Shown: in pieces, positions 1 through 13,163 of the stretch
Numbering within the stretch: the stretch's first letter is position 1
Layout of the letters: the number at the start of each line of letters is the position of its first letter
Assembly: GCA_965644295.1 (NCBI GenBank)
Contig: CBFFRP010000104.1
Span: forward strand, 1-42,302
Length of the DNA: 42,302 nucleotides
Direction of reading: 5' to 3'
From: Paraphysomonas bandaiensis
Lineage: Eukaryota > Protista > Chrysophyceae
Position numbers and translations under genes: made by a program
Notes under the pieces: generated by a model
Seen by the model: only the letters and a program-made list of their open reading frames with translations
Databases searched by the model: none
Told to the model about the DNA's origin: nothing

Positions 1-228
1 GAACTGTAGTATTCAAACGCTACTACTAAGTTAGACTAATGATACACAGTAGCACAGTAGTAACATGTGGCTTGTGAGTTCTTGGAATGGTACTAGTCGA
101 TCTGAGTTCTTTGAATAAGCACTAAACATACAAAACTTACTCATTGACCAGTTTGAGAGCAATGATAACGACAAATTGAAAATTACATAATATACTATTT
201 CAACTGTTGACAATTGTAAAATATTCGG

Positions 229-1468
229 TTATTCATGAGTCAGTGGCTCCGCCGATGATGTTGAAATGGCTTCTGTCTCACCCTTAATCCGACGCCTTTG
301 AGGCTGTTCCTCAGTATCACTCATTGATTGCTCTATTTCGTTACTCTCATCATCTGGCCCATCTGACGACCGATCCCTCTTGCGGAGTGCAGAGGGAAAG
401 GATATGCTAGAGCGTCTTCGTGGTCTGTTTGGCATGTTCCTGGAATTATTAGGGTTACCTCTATACAACCGTAGTCCACTAGGATCTACTGTATAAGGGG
501 TGCCACTTTCAGTGTAAAACCATTCTCCTGATCCTCCATCTGTAGCTGCAAACCAATTTCACACTGCTGCATATGTCAAAGGACACAACTGTGCTCACCT
601 GCAGCTTCCTGCTGTTGTGGAAGTTCACTGGTATTCGCACATAAAGCAGCATCAACACATGTTTCAGTCGCTGATTCGCACGAAAAAGGAACTGCATTGG
701 TCACCACTTCCTGGTCTTTATTCATGTCTTTTCCTCTTTTCTTGCGCACTTTCTTCTCATGCTTGGCTAGTTCCTCTGCAACCCATAAAGCAGGGTCGTC
801 TCCTAAATTACCAGAAAGTCTTTTAGATCTTCGCGATAGGAGTACGACATCAGTAGTGGACTTTCTCCGTAACAGGACTTTAGTTGGTATTGTTTTTGGT
901 CGTGTCTGTGTTTCAATGACAGATCGCCTTCGAGTCCTCTTTGAAACTGTGACAGTTCGGTCAGGAGAAGATGACTTTACAGTGACTACTGCCTATACAT
1001 AATTACCATCACTGCACCGTTCACATACTCAAAATAAATTCACTCACTTTCAAGAGAACCTTGGCACCCGACAAGGCGATTATTTCTTTTAAACTGTGAA
1101 AGTTGCTATTGTTGATTGATATATAAGACTTTCCTGACTTAATGCGCAATTCACTGATTGTATACGACGGATCTTCGGGACATGTCCTCAGAGACTTTTC
1201 AATGACATCAACTAAACTAGCTATATTATCCTTGGAATAATTAATGGTAGAATGCTTTACGCCAGGAATGGAATTTTCTCGGGAGCAGGAATTTACATAG
1301 AGTTTTATTGCTGTGTACTTGTTGTACGCTCCACAGACAGCCATTCTGCACACAAAGTTGAGGAGGATGTCAGGTATGTGCTTGTTCTTTAGAATTTAGG
1401 GAATGTTTGTTGTAAGGCTGGTTTTACCGTCCATGCGCTGCAGTGTGCCTGTGGAAACTAACGTCCAT
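229..1468 (-). CDS. Hypothetical protein, 4 exons (~350 aa), basic/low-complexity C-terminal half
   Basis: Manual splicing from ATG at 1468 (MDVSFHRHTAAHGR) through three GT-AG introns joins ORF 1021-1353, a K/R-rich exon and ORF 229-468 in frame to TAA at 229-231. No recognisable family. Confidence 0.65.
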
Positions 1469-1736
1469 ATTTCCTATACGGTCCTGTATAAATATATACC
1501 GTATATGGTATACAGCATACAGTATACAGGCGGTGGCCAGCCATACCATTGATCTACTGCTATACTACGGTACGGTATACTATTCCTGATATACGTATCA
1601 TGGGCCAATGAAATGCTTGCGATTATTTCTAGTACACTGCAGCTCGCTCAGTGATTGCTGTAACCCTGAAGGACACATGCTGCCACTCAATGCACGTAGA
1701 GTACTTGCAGTGTTGATCTCCTGAAACCTCCTTTAA

Positions 1737-2780
1737 ATGTCAGAGTTTGATATTGCTGTTTTCCATTATATCCACACACTCATTGCTACTGATGTCAATG
1801 GATGCGAAGCTAATGCTGGCCCCCCATCGTATGCAGGGGATATATTGGATAACCCTGATATTGTTTGGTCCGAGGTAATTGTAGAGCAAGGGCGGCTATT
1901 TTATATTTAAGATTAATTTCAGGATAAATGGGACGAGGAGCGACTTGCAGATGCGCAAGAGAGATTGAAGGCTCAAGAAGGCCACCATATGCCGGCGTAT
2001 TGGAAGGACAGATACGAAAATCGCGCCGATATATACTGGCATGAATTTTACAAGGTGCGTGTTTTCCAGATTTAATTTGATAATGCAAGGAGAGAATGAC
2101 TCTGTGTGCAGAGAAATACAGATAACTTTTACAAGGACCGCCATTACCTCCATATTGTTTTTCCTGAATTGCAACCGGTGTCTGACGATTCCGCACCAAA
2201 TCCTCTGCACTTACTGGAAGTAGGAAGTGGAGTAGGAAATGCAGTACTTCCGCTTCTTGAGATAAACTCTCGCTTGCATGTGCACGCTATTGATGTGGCC
2301 CGCAGCGCTATCGACATCCTGAAATCTCACCCCTTGGTTGTATCTTCGGGCCGACTCAACGCCTCCGTCTGTGATGTGGTACGGGATCCTCTACCACTTC
2401 CGACTGAGGGATTTCATTTGGCTCTCTGCATGTTTGTTCTCTCTGCTGTACCTCCACAGAGTCAGCAGGCGGTGGTAAGAAAGCTTTCTTCCTCCCTTAA
2501 GCCTGGCGGTAAGCTGTTACTGCGGGATTACGGACGATACGATGAGGCACAGCTTAGGTTTGCAGGAAACTCCAAGATCGCTGACAATTTCTATGTTCGA
2601 CAAGACGGCACCTGCGCGTATTTTTTCACAGTGGAAGAATTGCAGACACTTGCTAGGGGAGCGGGGATGGAGGTAGAGGAGTGCTACTATTTACAGAGGC
2701 AATACGCTAACAGAAAGCAACATAAGGCACGCTACAGAGTATGGATACACGCAAAGTTTGTTAAGTTGAGAAATGTATAG
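1737..2780 (+). CDS. METTL2/METTL6 (Trm140-like) tRNA N3-methylcytidine methyltransferase, 3 exons (1737-1874, 1923-2054, 2112-2780)
   Basis: Motifs YWHEFYKRNTDNFYKDRHYL, LLEVGSGVGN (SAM motif I), FVLSAV, LKPGG.LLLRDYGRYDEAQLRF, FYVRQDGT.AYFF and RVWIHAKF. Two in-frame GT-AG introns. Confidence 0.92.
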
Positions 2781-3479
2781 TTTCGAATGTATATACTAGG
2801 TATAGAGTCAGTAATAATTTTTTCTTAGTACATTGTCATAAAGCATAAAGAGAGTTCTGATTGTAATTCTGAGTGAGTAAGCATATTATATATGCTCCAT
2901 GACATATATATGCGAAATTACAAAAATCGCGCCTACTGTTTGTCTATCCTGCTGCTGAATTACTCTGTGAGAAACGAGTAGTATTATAAGGATCAAGTGA
3001 AGTCCTGTATTTTCTATACCAGGGTATTCAACTCTGCTCTCTGCTATGTTATCATTGCTATAATATGCTTTAGCTCTTGGCATATTGGTCCAAAAACTGT
3101 AATAATCGCATGATTTCAAACATACAATATGTACAAGCTTTAGCATATATACAGAATAGAGTTCATAGTGTAAAACATAAAAAAAACAGAGAGTTGGTTT
3201 TTACACTATTAATCTATTAATACGACAGCAGCAACAGAAATGATCCTAAAAACTATATACTTTTTCTGAATCGTGTGCATCGCTGAGATCTCTAAGGAGC
3301 GTATCACAATAGCAAAAACTAGCCCATAGAGGAGTTTAGAACTTACGAAAGATTCGCTTACAAGTATTAGTTCACATCACGTATTCGAAGCAGTTCGTAG
3401 AACGAATACCTCAACACATGAGCAACATTATAGGCGAACTATACATTTATTTTCCACTCAATCTATTCATCTCTCAAAC

Positions 3480-4397
3480 TTATGTTGTCCACCCGTCTGA
3501 CGATTCTAGCATCCTACAATAAATCCCAAGTGTATGAGTAGTTCACAGAAATATTGAATACACCACTCACCATTCAACATCCTCTCTGGAGACTGACCCG
3601 GGATCTGTCATATAGTCCTGCGCTATATTCTTGATTACAGTCACTTGTTCCCCCGCCCTATATATGGATATAATGGGCAAGGCCCGAGGATTCACTTGCA
3701 CCCCACTCATGCAAGACTGTTGAAGACATTTCTCAGCTAAAATTTTCACATCACAATATCACATACCATCAGCCGTACAAACTTAACATGCACCCATGAT
3801 GCAGCAATATCTTCTAAGTGCTTATTTAATGTAGCACAGGCCTACCATATAATAATGAAGTGAAAACAAGATGTCAAATTGTGAACTGAGCGTACCCGAA
3901 TATTCGGCTCGTATATATGTACCACCACCGTCACCTGGGGATCCTCCTCATTTACCTTGTGAGCATCTAATTACAAAAACTGCACAATCGTCCACGCCAC
4001 GTGAAAATACCTCTTTTAAAAACCATCCTTCTCCGCCAGCATCAATACAGTAGCCGAATTCAGGACGTCGTAGTTGGACAGACACTGGATTCTCAGCAGG
4101 TTTCCCAGGAATTGGAAGGTTTTTAGTCATCTCTACATAGAGGCAAGGTATCATTGCAAACATATACCCCACAACAGTGCAGTCAGTACCTTGAATTCGC
4201 TTTTCTCTGAACTCTTGCATGAACACATAGTCGGCTTCAAGCTCGTCCTCACTCTCGTGTTCGCTGCCATTGGTATTCATCGACACAGTACTTGCTTATA
4301 GCCTATAAATTATATTAATTGTCTGTATCTCAGGCACGACTTAGAGCCCCTTGATTTCCATAAACCTTTGCGTGTTCCTGTACTCCGCTGTGGTCAT
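3480..4397 (-). CDS. Phosducin-like protein (thioredoxin-fold CCT co-chaperone), multi-exon; 5' end uncertain
   Basis: Spliced product includes EDELEADYVFMQEFREKRIQEM...FLKEVNEEDPQVTVVVHIYEPNIRACATLNKHLEDIAASWVHVKFVRL...ALPIISIYRAG...EDVEWML, matching the phosducin family pattern. TAA at 3480-3482. Confidence 0.8.
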
Positions 4398-4520
4398 GTG
4401 TGTATGTATGTACAGTAGGTAGGTACGAAGGTATGTAGGTAGGTAGGTAGGTAGGTACGAAGGTATGTAGGTAGGTAGGTAGGTAGGTACGGTAGGTAGG
4501 TAGGTAGGTACATGCATGCA
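4398..4520. repeat. Compound microsatellite (TATG/TAGG/TACG) in the short divergent intergenic region
   Basis: Directly visible gtatgtatg / gtaggtagg / gtacgaag arrays. Confidence 0.9.
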
Positions 4521-4636
4521 TGGCTGTATGTAAGCATGTACATATATGGGCCCTGAAGTTCACTCCATGTATCTCAGCAGCGAGCACAAGGACAGCACGA
4601 AGTGTATGTTCCGCTCGTGTTGTGAGGATTCTGGCT

Positions 4637-5578
4637 ATGTCGTTGAAATCCTTAATGTACTTGAGGGCCTTATTTAAGAGTCAGTTGGCTGATAATAATA
4701 TCGTGGAGGGGGAGGAGTTTGTTCGTCATCATGTTAAGCAAACATGGGAAAACTTGACACCTAGTGAGATAATTGCTCTGGAGTCGGAATCAGATCACAA
4801 GTGGAGCTGCGACCCTAATCGTGCTGAGCCCATTGACCCGCCTCCTTCTTGGCATGTGCACACCATGTGTCCTGGTACCAGAGAGCCTGATCCGGCAGCA
4901 GAAGTACCTGTTATTGGGAATTTCGGTGTGTTTTCTCGTGACCCGGAAAATAAGAATACCTATACTGTTGGTAAACGGATTGTAGCTGCCCAATTGGCTA
5001 AACAGTTTGCAACTATTCCGTCAACAGACCCCTTTGTGAACAGTCTTATCCCTCCACAGATTGTACATGACGTTAACAAGATAACAACTGAGCGGGTGGA
5101 ACGCCTTACTGAGTACGCTGCATTCTCCAGCGAGGAGGATCTACAGACGACATGGTCGGAGTATCGGCAACGTGGTTGTGTTCCAGAATATCAGGAGCGG
5201 CAGGAAAAGAGGAGGCGAGACACGATCTCGACTGGAGCTGATGCTAATGGCAGTTTTAATACTGAAGAGACCCAACGGAGTAGGAATGCTAATGTGCAAG
5301 ATACCCGATCTCCGTATCACCTCGTGAAGGCTCACCCAGCACTACCGAATACATGGATCGCTTCTGTGGCATTGCCGACGGGAGGCTACCAATCACTAGG
5401 AAAATTTTCCTCGGAGTACGAGGCCGCAGTTGTCCACGATGTGGCTGCGAAACATTTTTACGGAGAAAATGCAGTGACGAACTTCGACGAGAAAGGGCAA
5501 AAAATTGAAAATGTGAATAGTATGAAGCAATACCGTAGCAAACGAAAGAGAAAGCGAATATATCGAACTCAAAAATAG
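4637..5578 (+). CDS. AP2/ERF-domain DNA-binding protein, apparently intronless, with C-terminal NLS and possible degenerate N-terminal HMG-box
   Basis: C-terminal YHLV...WIASV...SLGKFSSEYEAAVVHDVAAKHFYGENAVTNF fits the AP2 signature. RSKRKRKR NLS. First in-frame ATG after the repeat is at 4637. Confidence 0.8.
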   Translation: MSLKSLMYLRALFKSQLADNNIVEGEEFVRHHVKQTWENLTPSEIIALESESDHKWSCDPNRAEPIDPPPSWHVHTMCPGTREPDPAAEVPVIGNFGVFSRDPENKNTYTVGKRIVAAQLAKQFATIPSTDPFVNSLIPPQIVHDVNKITTERVERLTEYAAFSSEEDLQTTWSEYRQRGCVPEYQERQEKRRRDTISTGADANGSFNTEETQRSRNANVQDTRSPYHLVKAHPALPNTWIASVALPTGGYQSLGKFSSEYEAAVVHDVAAKHFYGENAVTNFDEKGQKIENVNSMKQYRSKRKRKRIYRTQK

Positions 5579-6167
5579 TCATTGTGTCATATGGATATAA
5601 TTGAATACAGTATCGTAAGTAGCTGATATAGAGTACACTGTGCATTGAGAACCCTTACCATGAGAACCCTTACCATGTACTGAGCTTACTGAAATGAGTG
5701 GTTGACGTAGTTACTAGTGTAATGTGTACTCCAATTGCTCCCATATCCTCTGCAGAATGACGCCCACCATTTAAGTCATTTGCAACAATTGTGACTCACT
5801 GACATATATAAACAACCAAACAATCATATAGATGGTAGATGGATGTGAGCAGAGTACGTGTGCAGACTATTTTGAATTTTGATGAAGTCAATCCTACAAG
5901 TTCATAGTGACGCGCCATTTCAATGATATCGACAAGTTTCGAAAAGATACCTAAGCACTGAGCAGCGTATGTATAGTGTCTAATAGTGTATAGTGGACGT
6001 AGTATTTAACATATTCTACAGTACTATCTTAAAGAACCATACGTATTCCAACATGCCGCTGATAATGTGCAAAAATTTGAAACAAAGTAGATATAGGGCC
6101 ATATAGGGTATAGGGCTTATAGTATTTCTACGTTCATATATATAGTGAGTTTGGCTGACCCTGATAT

Positions 6168-6605
6168 AGATAAGTACCGGAGAGATTCTCTCTGGGAAAC
6201 TAACGTGAGCTGCAAACATATAGTCAGCAGATATTCTTCTGCCCACTCATAGCCGAATGCTTGTGTGGTACAAGGGACACCAATAAGTGTCACTTGTGTA
6301 GACGTCTTTGGGCCCTGACGAATAAACAGGCATCCGGGAATGGGCCCACCTGAAGGGTAACCGGGGTATTGGGCTGCCTGCTGAAGTCAAGCATCCGGGA
6401 TGTTCACCTTAAGAACTCACAGCGGAAGTGGTCGCACCTTGGTGCTTGCGGCGACGCACAAGCAGCGTCCGTAGCGTTAAATAGTAGGATAAAAAAAGTG
6501 TGTACTGATTATTACAGGTAGAAGTCTAACAAGTTTGTCTAGCATTCATCTAGATACTAAATTGGTGCAGGTTTTTAACGCCTATTGCTGTTAATAAGAC
6601 TTTCA
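6168..6605 (+). repeat. Interspersed repeat family, copy A
   Basis: Colinear similarity to 30345-30872, e.g. gataagtaccggagaga...gaaactaacgtgagc and gcaccttggtgcttgcggNgacgcacaagcagc...gtagcgttaaatagtaggata. Confidence 0.85.
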
Positions 6606-7865
6606 AAATTTAGACAAGGGACGATACTCCTTATCCCTAGGTTAAATTGTAGGTTATCCTCATGATGTTGAAAATTTAATAATATTAGATTGTAGAGCTG
6701 TAGAGCTGTTAGTAGCTTGCTTTCTGTAATAAGAAATAGGTGTTTCCTGATTAACATATTAAGAAAACAGAAATGAGAATACATAATATTGAATGTGTAT
6801 TCTGCATATGCTTTGAGAATAGAAATTGCACTATACTGTAGAGATCAACTCAAACAATAACCCCAAAAATTTATATATATATAGCTACAACAAATGCACT
6901 CCTATCACAGAAGGATACAGAGAGAATGGCAACTGCGAGGTGTTGAAATTCTTACATAAGTATGATGATGAATGTGAACAGTGGTAGTGGCATTGCCTTA
7001 ATTAGCATCATCATCACATTTATATACAATATACAATGCGCTTAACCTCCTCCTAGTGCACCTGATTGAATGATGTGTGTTTGATATGAGGTACACAATA
7101 TCCTCATAAGCACAATGCGGCCCAAACCCTGAAAGAACTGGATGCTACTGCCCTTAGCCACCTATACAGCATCAGATATGACACTTAAACTCTCCTGAAA
7201 CATTCTTGAAGTTGTTTCGAAGTCCTGGTTATGAAGATAGATCGCTTGCACTGACATCATTATGATATTCTACAGCAGACGAAAAGAATGGAATATAACT
7301 TGGAGTGCTATATGACCTGCTTTGGATGGTTTGCTCATGATCGTGGTTTCTATATAATTGTGTAAGAATATAATGAATTCACATACTTACATATGACTGT
7401 CAATATCATAATAAGGATAGAAGTGAGCTTCTGTTGAACCGAATATTGAAGTTGAATGTCTACATTTGCCCGGTGCTGATATGAGCGCCCTGTTGAGCCC
7501 AAATCAGGTCAACAAAAGCTTTTTTTAAGACAAAATGGGGATAACTACTTAGTGTAGAGACTGAAGCTTAATAAAATAATATCACACCATGCATACAGCA
7601 AATTGTAGATACTCTCTTAGTTCAGAAAATCAATTTAAATATTTCAACATGCTACTGTGTTAGAGTTCATTAGAAATGAAGAAAAAGAGTATAATGAATA
7701 TAGGGTTTAAAGACACAAATGAGTTGTGTAAATGGTACATCAAGCGAAGTATAACCATTCACACTAAATTCAGAAAACAATGAAAAGTCAGTGTAGACAC
7801 TTGATAAAGTGTATCTTTCTGGGTTCGAAGTATAGATTTCAACACAGTTATCTGTGAATATCACA

Positions 7866-9014
7866 TCATGTGAGCAAAAACAACTGGACCGGCGGATACC
7901 CAGCAAACACAAGTCGATTGTGTAGATCATGAAAAAGAAGGTCAATCATCTCGTGAGATGATACAATCACAGCAGTAGCCGTTCCACAAGAGAAAACAGC
8001 CTTTGTTTGTAGTATGTGATCGAGATCCACAGCAATTATATGACCGTATGGTTCAAAAAGAGAAATGACAACCTTAGCGCTTGCAGCATGAGGTATGCCA
8101 CATATTTTAATGCTGTGTTGTTCAAGGGTCGAGGATGTCGCAGTAGAATGAATCCCAGGGGAACACTGATACGAATTTGACGCAATCGCTGGTACATATT
8201 GCCCTGAATAGGGAGATGAAAAGGGTGCACTCGGTGAGCTGTGGAAAGACATGGGCGAACCCCAGCCAGTTCTGTGTATAGGAGATGCAGAATGGATAGG
8301 TGGTCGACTCTGCCCATGTAGTGCGGAATCATTAGGTGTATCTGATTTCTGGGTCGCAGGAGGTGGCTTCGCATAGTATACTTGTACACGATTTGTAGCC
8401 CCTGGTGGAATAGTCTCATGGAGGCTCTGAACAGCTAGAAATTCATGATCATGGAAGAGAGAAAATATATAAATAAATAAATAAACCTCGTTTGCAGGAT
8501 ATGGCGTCCATAAATTCCACAAACGCTCGTCCCTTTGATGTAGTATGATCGGCTTCCTTTAGCAGTCGGCATTCAATAATTTCACCGTACTTTGAATTCG
8601 CGTGAGAGTATATGGGATATATCATACCGTACATACCTCAGAAAACAAGCTCCAAACGTCTTTCTCGGTGTATTGAAGTGGAAGACCACGCACAAAAAGC
8701 TTTCTATCAGCGATGTTCCCTATTTTATTCCTAGCTATGCTGACCTTTATCTGCTTATTTCCGATGTGCTGTCCATTCAGAGCCGCTATAGCCGATTGAG
8801 CATGTTCCGGTCTATCAAAAGTGATGAAAGCATACGAGAGATTCGCTCCGGTAACTCTATCCTTAGCTATAGTGGCTTTGGACACGTTACCGTATGGCGA
8901 AAATATACTCTACAAGCACAAGCGTTACATCAACAGAAGTGTGCCTTAACAGCAGCGTACCAGCAGATCGATATCATCTGGTAAATAATTGACGATAACT
9001 GTACATGAATCCAT
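7866..9014 (-). CDS. ELAV/Hu-like RNA-binding protein with three RRMs, 4 exons
   Basis: TVIVNYLP...KDRVTGANLSYAFITF...AIAALNG...IKVSIAR; KLFVRGLP...YGEIIECRLL...KGRAFVEF; degenerate third RRM. Three GT-AG introns. Ends in TGA. Confidence 0.85.
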
Positions 9015-9430
9015 CGCTTCGATGGTATGTACGGACGACTAGAGTATCTGCATTCCTCGTCAGTGAGATGAGATACTGTATATACAGAGCAGAGCAGAGC
9101 AGACACACACCGCCCCTCACCTTATGGTTGTTAACGCTTAACTCAATTCAATAACTCCTAGCCTTCCTGTGTCACTATTGTGACTTGCATCAGTTCAGCT
9201 TCCTGGAAACAAGACGAAGATGTTAAGTTGCTGCTTGATGTTGCAGCAGTGCCGGGGAAGAAGCATCCCTAAATCTTCACATACAAATACATACATACAT
9301 ACCATCACATACACACATACATACATATGCTGTATACCGTCGTATACTAGTATTCTAGATGCAGTTATTTTTTTGAATCATGAAAAAAGAGATACTGACA
9401 TGTTGACTTTGACTCCTATTAAGCATCTGT

Positions 9431-9456
9431 ATCCAATCAAAACACAATGATTGGAT
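9431..9456. promoter_or_regulatory. Inverted pair of CCAAT boxes in the bidirectional promoter of the RRM paralogs
   Basis: atccaatca-N8-tgattggat, a perfect 9-bp inverted repeat lying between the two start codons. Confidence 0.4.
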
Positions 9457-9696
9457 AGATACCCGTGACACTCTTCCCTCATTCTGAACTCCATGTGAGT
9501 TCACAGTGTCTGAGCTGACGAACGCGCATCTTATTGAGGCATATGTTCAGTCTCAGCTCGGCTACACACACATGTATCTTAAACACCCACACAGCACAGT
9601 GTGTACTTACCGTGAAGTATTATTTATGTATCTACGTACGCGCTCCATATAGTGCCACTTCACCGCCTATTCAGCTCCAAGAATCTTACGCTGGAT

Positions 9697-10817
9697 ATGG
9701 AAGATCATCATAAGATTGTGGTGTGGGGCCTGCCCTCCTCTATCGATATCGACAAGCTGAAGGTACACACTGATATATACATACATACATGAATGGAATA
9801 AATCAGAGCGACCTCTTGTATGGGTAGGATATGTTATTAGTGTACGGAGAGCCTGTGAGAGCGGACATAACAAGACGAAACACTCTCGTGTATGCTTTTG
9901 TGGAGTTTAGAAAGATGCAAGAGGCGGCGAAGGCTGTGGAAGCCCTCAATGGATCCCGTGTCGATAAACAAATCATCAGCATCAAACTGGCGAGACCTAG
10001 ATCAAGTAGTTGCGAACCTAAGAAAGTATTTGTCTACAATTTGCCAGCATCTTATACAGACGACCAGATATGCGACCTTTTTGCTCAGGTATTACAACAC
10101 TATATTTCCATTTCGTAGTGCTAAGGCCACGTTTTGTATGTATAGTTCGGGGAAATTACTGCATACAGTATTACATGGGGAGGTGATTTTCAGTCTGGAT
10201 TTTTCGAATATAAACATGCCCATGAATGTGATGCAGGTGCATAGAATATTTGTGTACATCGTTTGTGTATCCTCTGCTGATATTGGACTACAGCGTTGAA
10301 TATATTACACAATAGTGTGCTTGAAGGTGCACACTCTATATATGTGTACTACGCGCGATCTCCGCAACACACAGTTTTTTTTACTGGGGCTTCGAATCAA
10401 GTCGGAGGTGTGTGCCTAGGTTCAACACCTCATCAACATGCAAACTGGTCATCGTCCTCCCCTCCGGCGAGTCAACCATTTGCGATATCTTTTACAGATA
10501 TTCCTCCAGGGATTCACCTTCCTGAAGGCATTTTGGATGGATCATCTTCTCTGAGAGATGTCGACATCGCGGTTTCTGGGCTTCCCCCATACATATGCGC
10601 GAAGTCTTTATTCCAGCTATTTGATGGATTCGGAAGTGTTGTGTCCGTAGGCATCGATGTCTCTCTAGAGGATGGTGGTATATCCTCATCTGGTACTGGG
10701 CGCTTGCGTATGGTCGTAACTGCATCAAGGTTACAAGATTTGGTTTTTGATATTCACAACCGCGATTTGTTCGATTCTAATTCACCGATACAGCTCTCCG
10801 TGCGACTTTCCCACTAA
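9697..10817 (+). CDS. ELAV/Hu-like three-RRM protein, paralog of the divergent neighbour, 4 exons
   Basis: IVVWGLP...YAFVEF...AVEALNG...ISIKLAR; KKVFVYNLP; third RRM ending DIHNRDLF...PIQL, similar to DLHNRLVF...PVQL of the neighbour. Equivalent intron positions. Confidence 0.85.
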
Positions 10818-11289
10818 CTTTTGTCAATAACTTTTGTTACCCACCTAATTATCTCACTTCGTTTTTTTATATTCTGTTTCTACAGCCAATATTTGAGAGT
10901 GATTCCACTACCGAATGGGTGTATTACATGCGTACAGGTTCTGGCACTGACAATGAGTCCTGGTGATTTTGAACCTCTGTAAACTATAAATATTAGTAAA
11001 CCAGCGGTTTGTCCTCCATGAATTTTGAAAGTGGTGATTTCAGCTTTTAATTCTAATCACAATGAGTAATCAGAATTCTCACTTGGGACAGTATGCTCCG
11101 TTAATAGTATCCGCAGTTCATTTTGTTTGTGAAAGTAATTTGAATAAGTAAGTCTTATACAGCTGTTGTTATTTCTTCATGTCTATTGTAATATAGTTGA
11201 GTATGCTACACAGCATCAATATCATTGTTGGTTGGCTGTTGGCTGTAGTTTTACTATTCTAAATGTATGAGTATTAGCAATATAATATA

Positions 11290-11575
11290 TCAGAATTAAT
11301 GTAGCAAAACAATTTAACTAACTAGTGCTTAATTCTGATATCCTACTCTTAGTGAACATCTTATTATGAGCTATAGGCATGTTTGAGTCGGAACAAATGT
11401 GGTAAAACAATATAAATAACTGGTGCTGCCTATGTGTGTCATCATAAAGTTGCAACTACTTCCGCTCTATCACTCAAAGCAAACGCAGTGAGCACGCAGA
11501 ATGTTGACATACCTGGCATCAGCTGACATCAAGATTTTGAGTTCTTAAGTAAGTGTGAGAGCTTCCCACGGATGT
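11290..11575 (-). repeat. Interspersed repeat family, copy C (inverted)
   Basis: Reverse complement matches 30620-30830, e.g. atcactcaaagcaaac...gcagaatgttga...ctgacatca and actaactag..cttaa.tctgatatcctact. Confidence 0.8.
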
Positions 11576-12716
11576 GTAGGCCTTTAGTGTCAAGCGGTGC
11601 GGTGAATCAGGGGGGCGTGATATTTAATGGAGGGTCAGAGTTCTGTAGATGAGAGGATACTGTTTCGAGGGAAAGTGAGATGGTGCGAGGTGGAGGCGTA
11701 GAATCTGTATAGTCTCGGGGCGCCGCTGACTGCAGTGTATAAGTTGGACGTAAATAGAGCTGGTGGAGCTGTCTATGTAGTTGGGGTTTGCGTTGGGGGG
11801 GGGGCGTGAAAGTGTTAGAAGGGTCATTTTTCCAGCTGGGAGTCTCTGCTGAGGCACCATTGGGTCCGAAGTGGGGGGGCTAATGGGATAGGGATAGCGT
11901 AGCGTTGACTGCGATCTTGAAACATCTGCTGGCCACTGCAAATAGTGGTTGAAGTATACGCATCACCGCATTTTTGAGATTGCGTAGTCTACGCGAGGTC
12001 AGACTGCAATGCAGTGGATTTGTGTACCACAGACTACTTCGAGTTGAGTTTGAGTAACAATGCCTGTTCAGAATCTTTCAACCTGAGAGAGTGATGAGTC
12101 TCATGCTTTACTGGAAGTGATCTCTAGTACTGGGGTAAGCCAAGGCGGTAGTGTCTCGCCCCGTAAGGGTTGAAGTCTTTCTTTGTGCAACTGAAAAGAT
12201 GATTCTCGTATTTGGGTCATAAAATCGTGGGTACAGTGAATGAACATATGTTTTAGGGAATCTAGCTGGTGCATGCGATCTTGTTGGGGTCAAGAGGCCA
12301 CGTTTTGTTTTGGCTATATTTTACGACCAATATGCTGAATGAATTGTCCCGAGTTAGCGCAGCGAAGAGAAATGGTTGTTTTAGATGTGATCTGTGTCGG
12401 TCCATCTTGGAGCGATTATCTGCAAGGCGAGTTTGTGAGGGAGAATGACGCCACTATCCTACACTAGTATCGTACTATTACAATGTAAGAATATCTGATT
12501 ATATTAAATTCTTTTATAATCAGTAGTATTGAAGAGATTAGATGTGTCATGCTATGATACTATGGCAATCAAATAGTTTCTAAAAAGACGCTCACAGTGA
12601 TAGTAATGCACTGCAAGCTGCAAGTGATACTAGTAAAGTTTACTTTACACTGGCACGAACCCTGAGAAGGACGAAAGCTAAGTTGACCTTGCTCTACTCC
12701 TAAACCGCAAGCTTGC

Positions 12717-12852
12717 TTTTCTGCACAACGTACTTTCTTTATTAATCTCAAGATATTCATGTACCATCCGTACCAGTCACAATATAGTCATACTGGTACG
12801 AATGGTACATGAATATCTTGAGATTAATAAAGAAAGTACGTTGTGCAGAAAA
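12717..12852. repeat. Long inverted repeat: 61-bp arms (1 mismatch), 14-nt spacer
   Basis: 12717-12777 is the reverse complement of 12792-12852 except at one position. Confidence 0.95.
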
Positions 12853-13163
12853 AAATTTTCTTCCTTTGTAACTATACTTCTTCCGTTGCACGTATTGGGC
12901 ACTATTAACTCACTTCAATTGCACAATATATATCTTATCATACAGCAGGACTCAATAAACAGCTCTATGTATAATCATTGTCGATATATTAGGCTGCCAT
13001 TGCAATGATATTTGAAAACCACAGGGAGTTCGTATCACTGTTTGCCGGTTGAATCGCATTGCTCCCATTGAATATTCGAATCTTTATGTGCTAAGTAACA
13101 CTGAAAAATTCACTGTGTAGTAAGTTGAATTGAATTACTTATACCATGAGATTATATATAATT

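Noticed and set aside
5646-5677. 15-bp direct tandem repeat tgagaacccttacca x2
   Set aside because: Simple local slippage duplication; not CRISPR-like and no further copies seen.
6311-6350. Hammerhead-like CTGACGA in repeat copy A
   Set aside because: No correctly placed GAAA or stem II, and not conserved in copy B.
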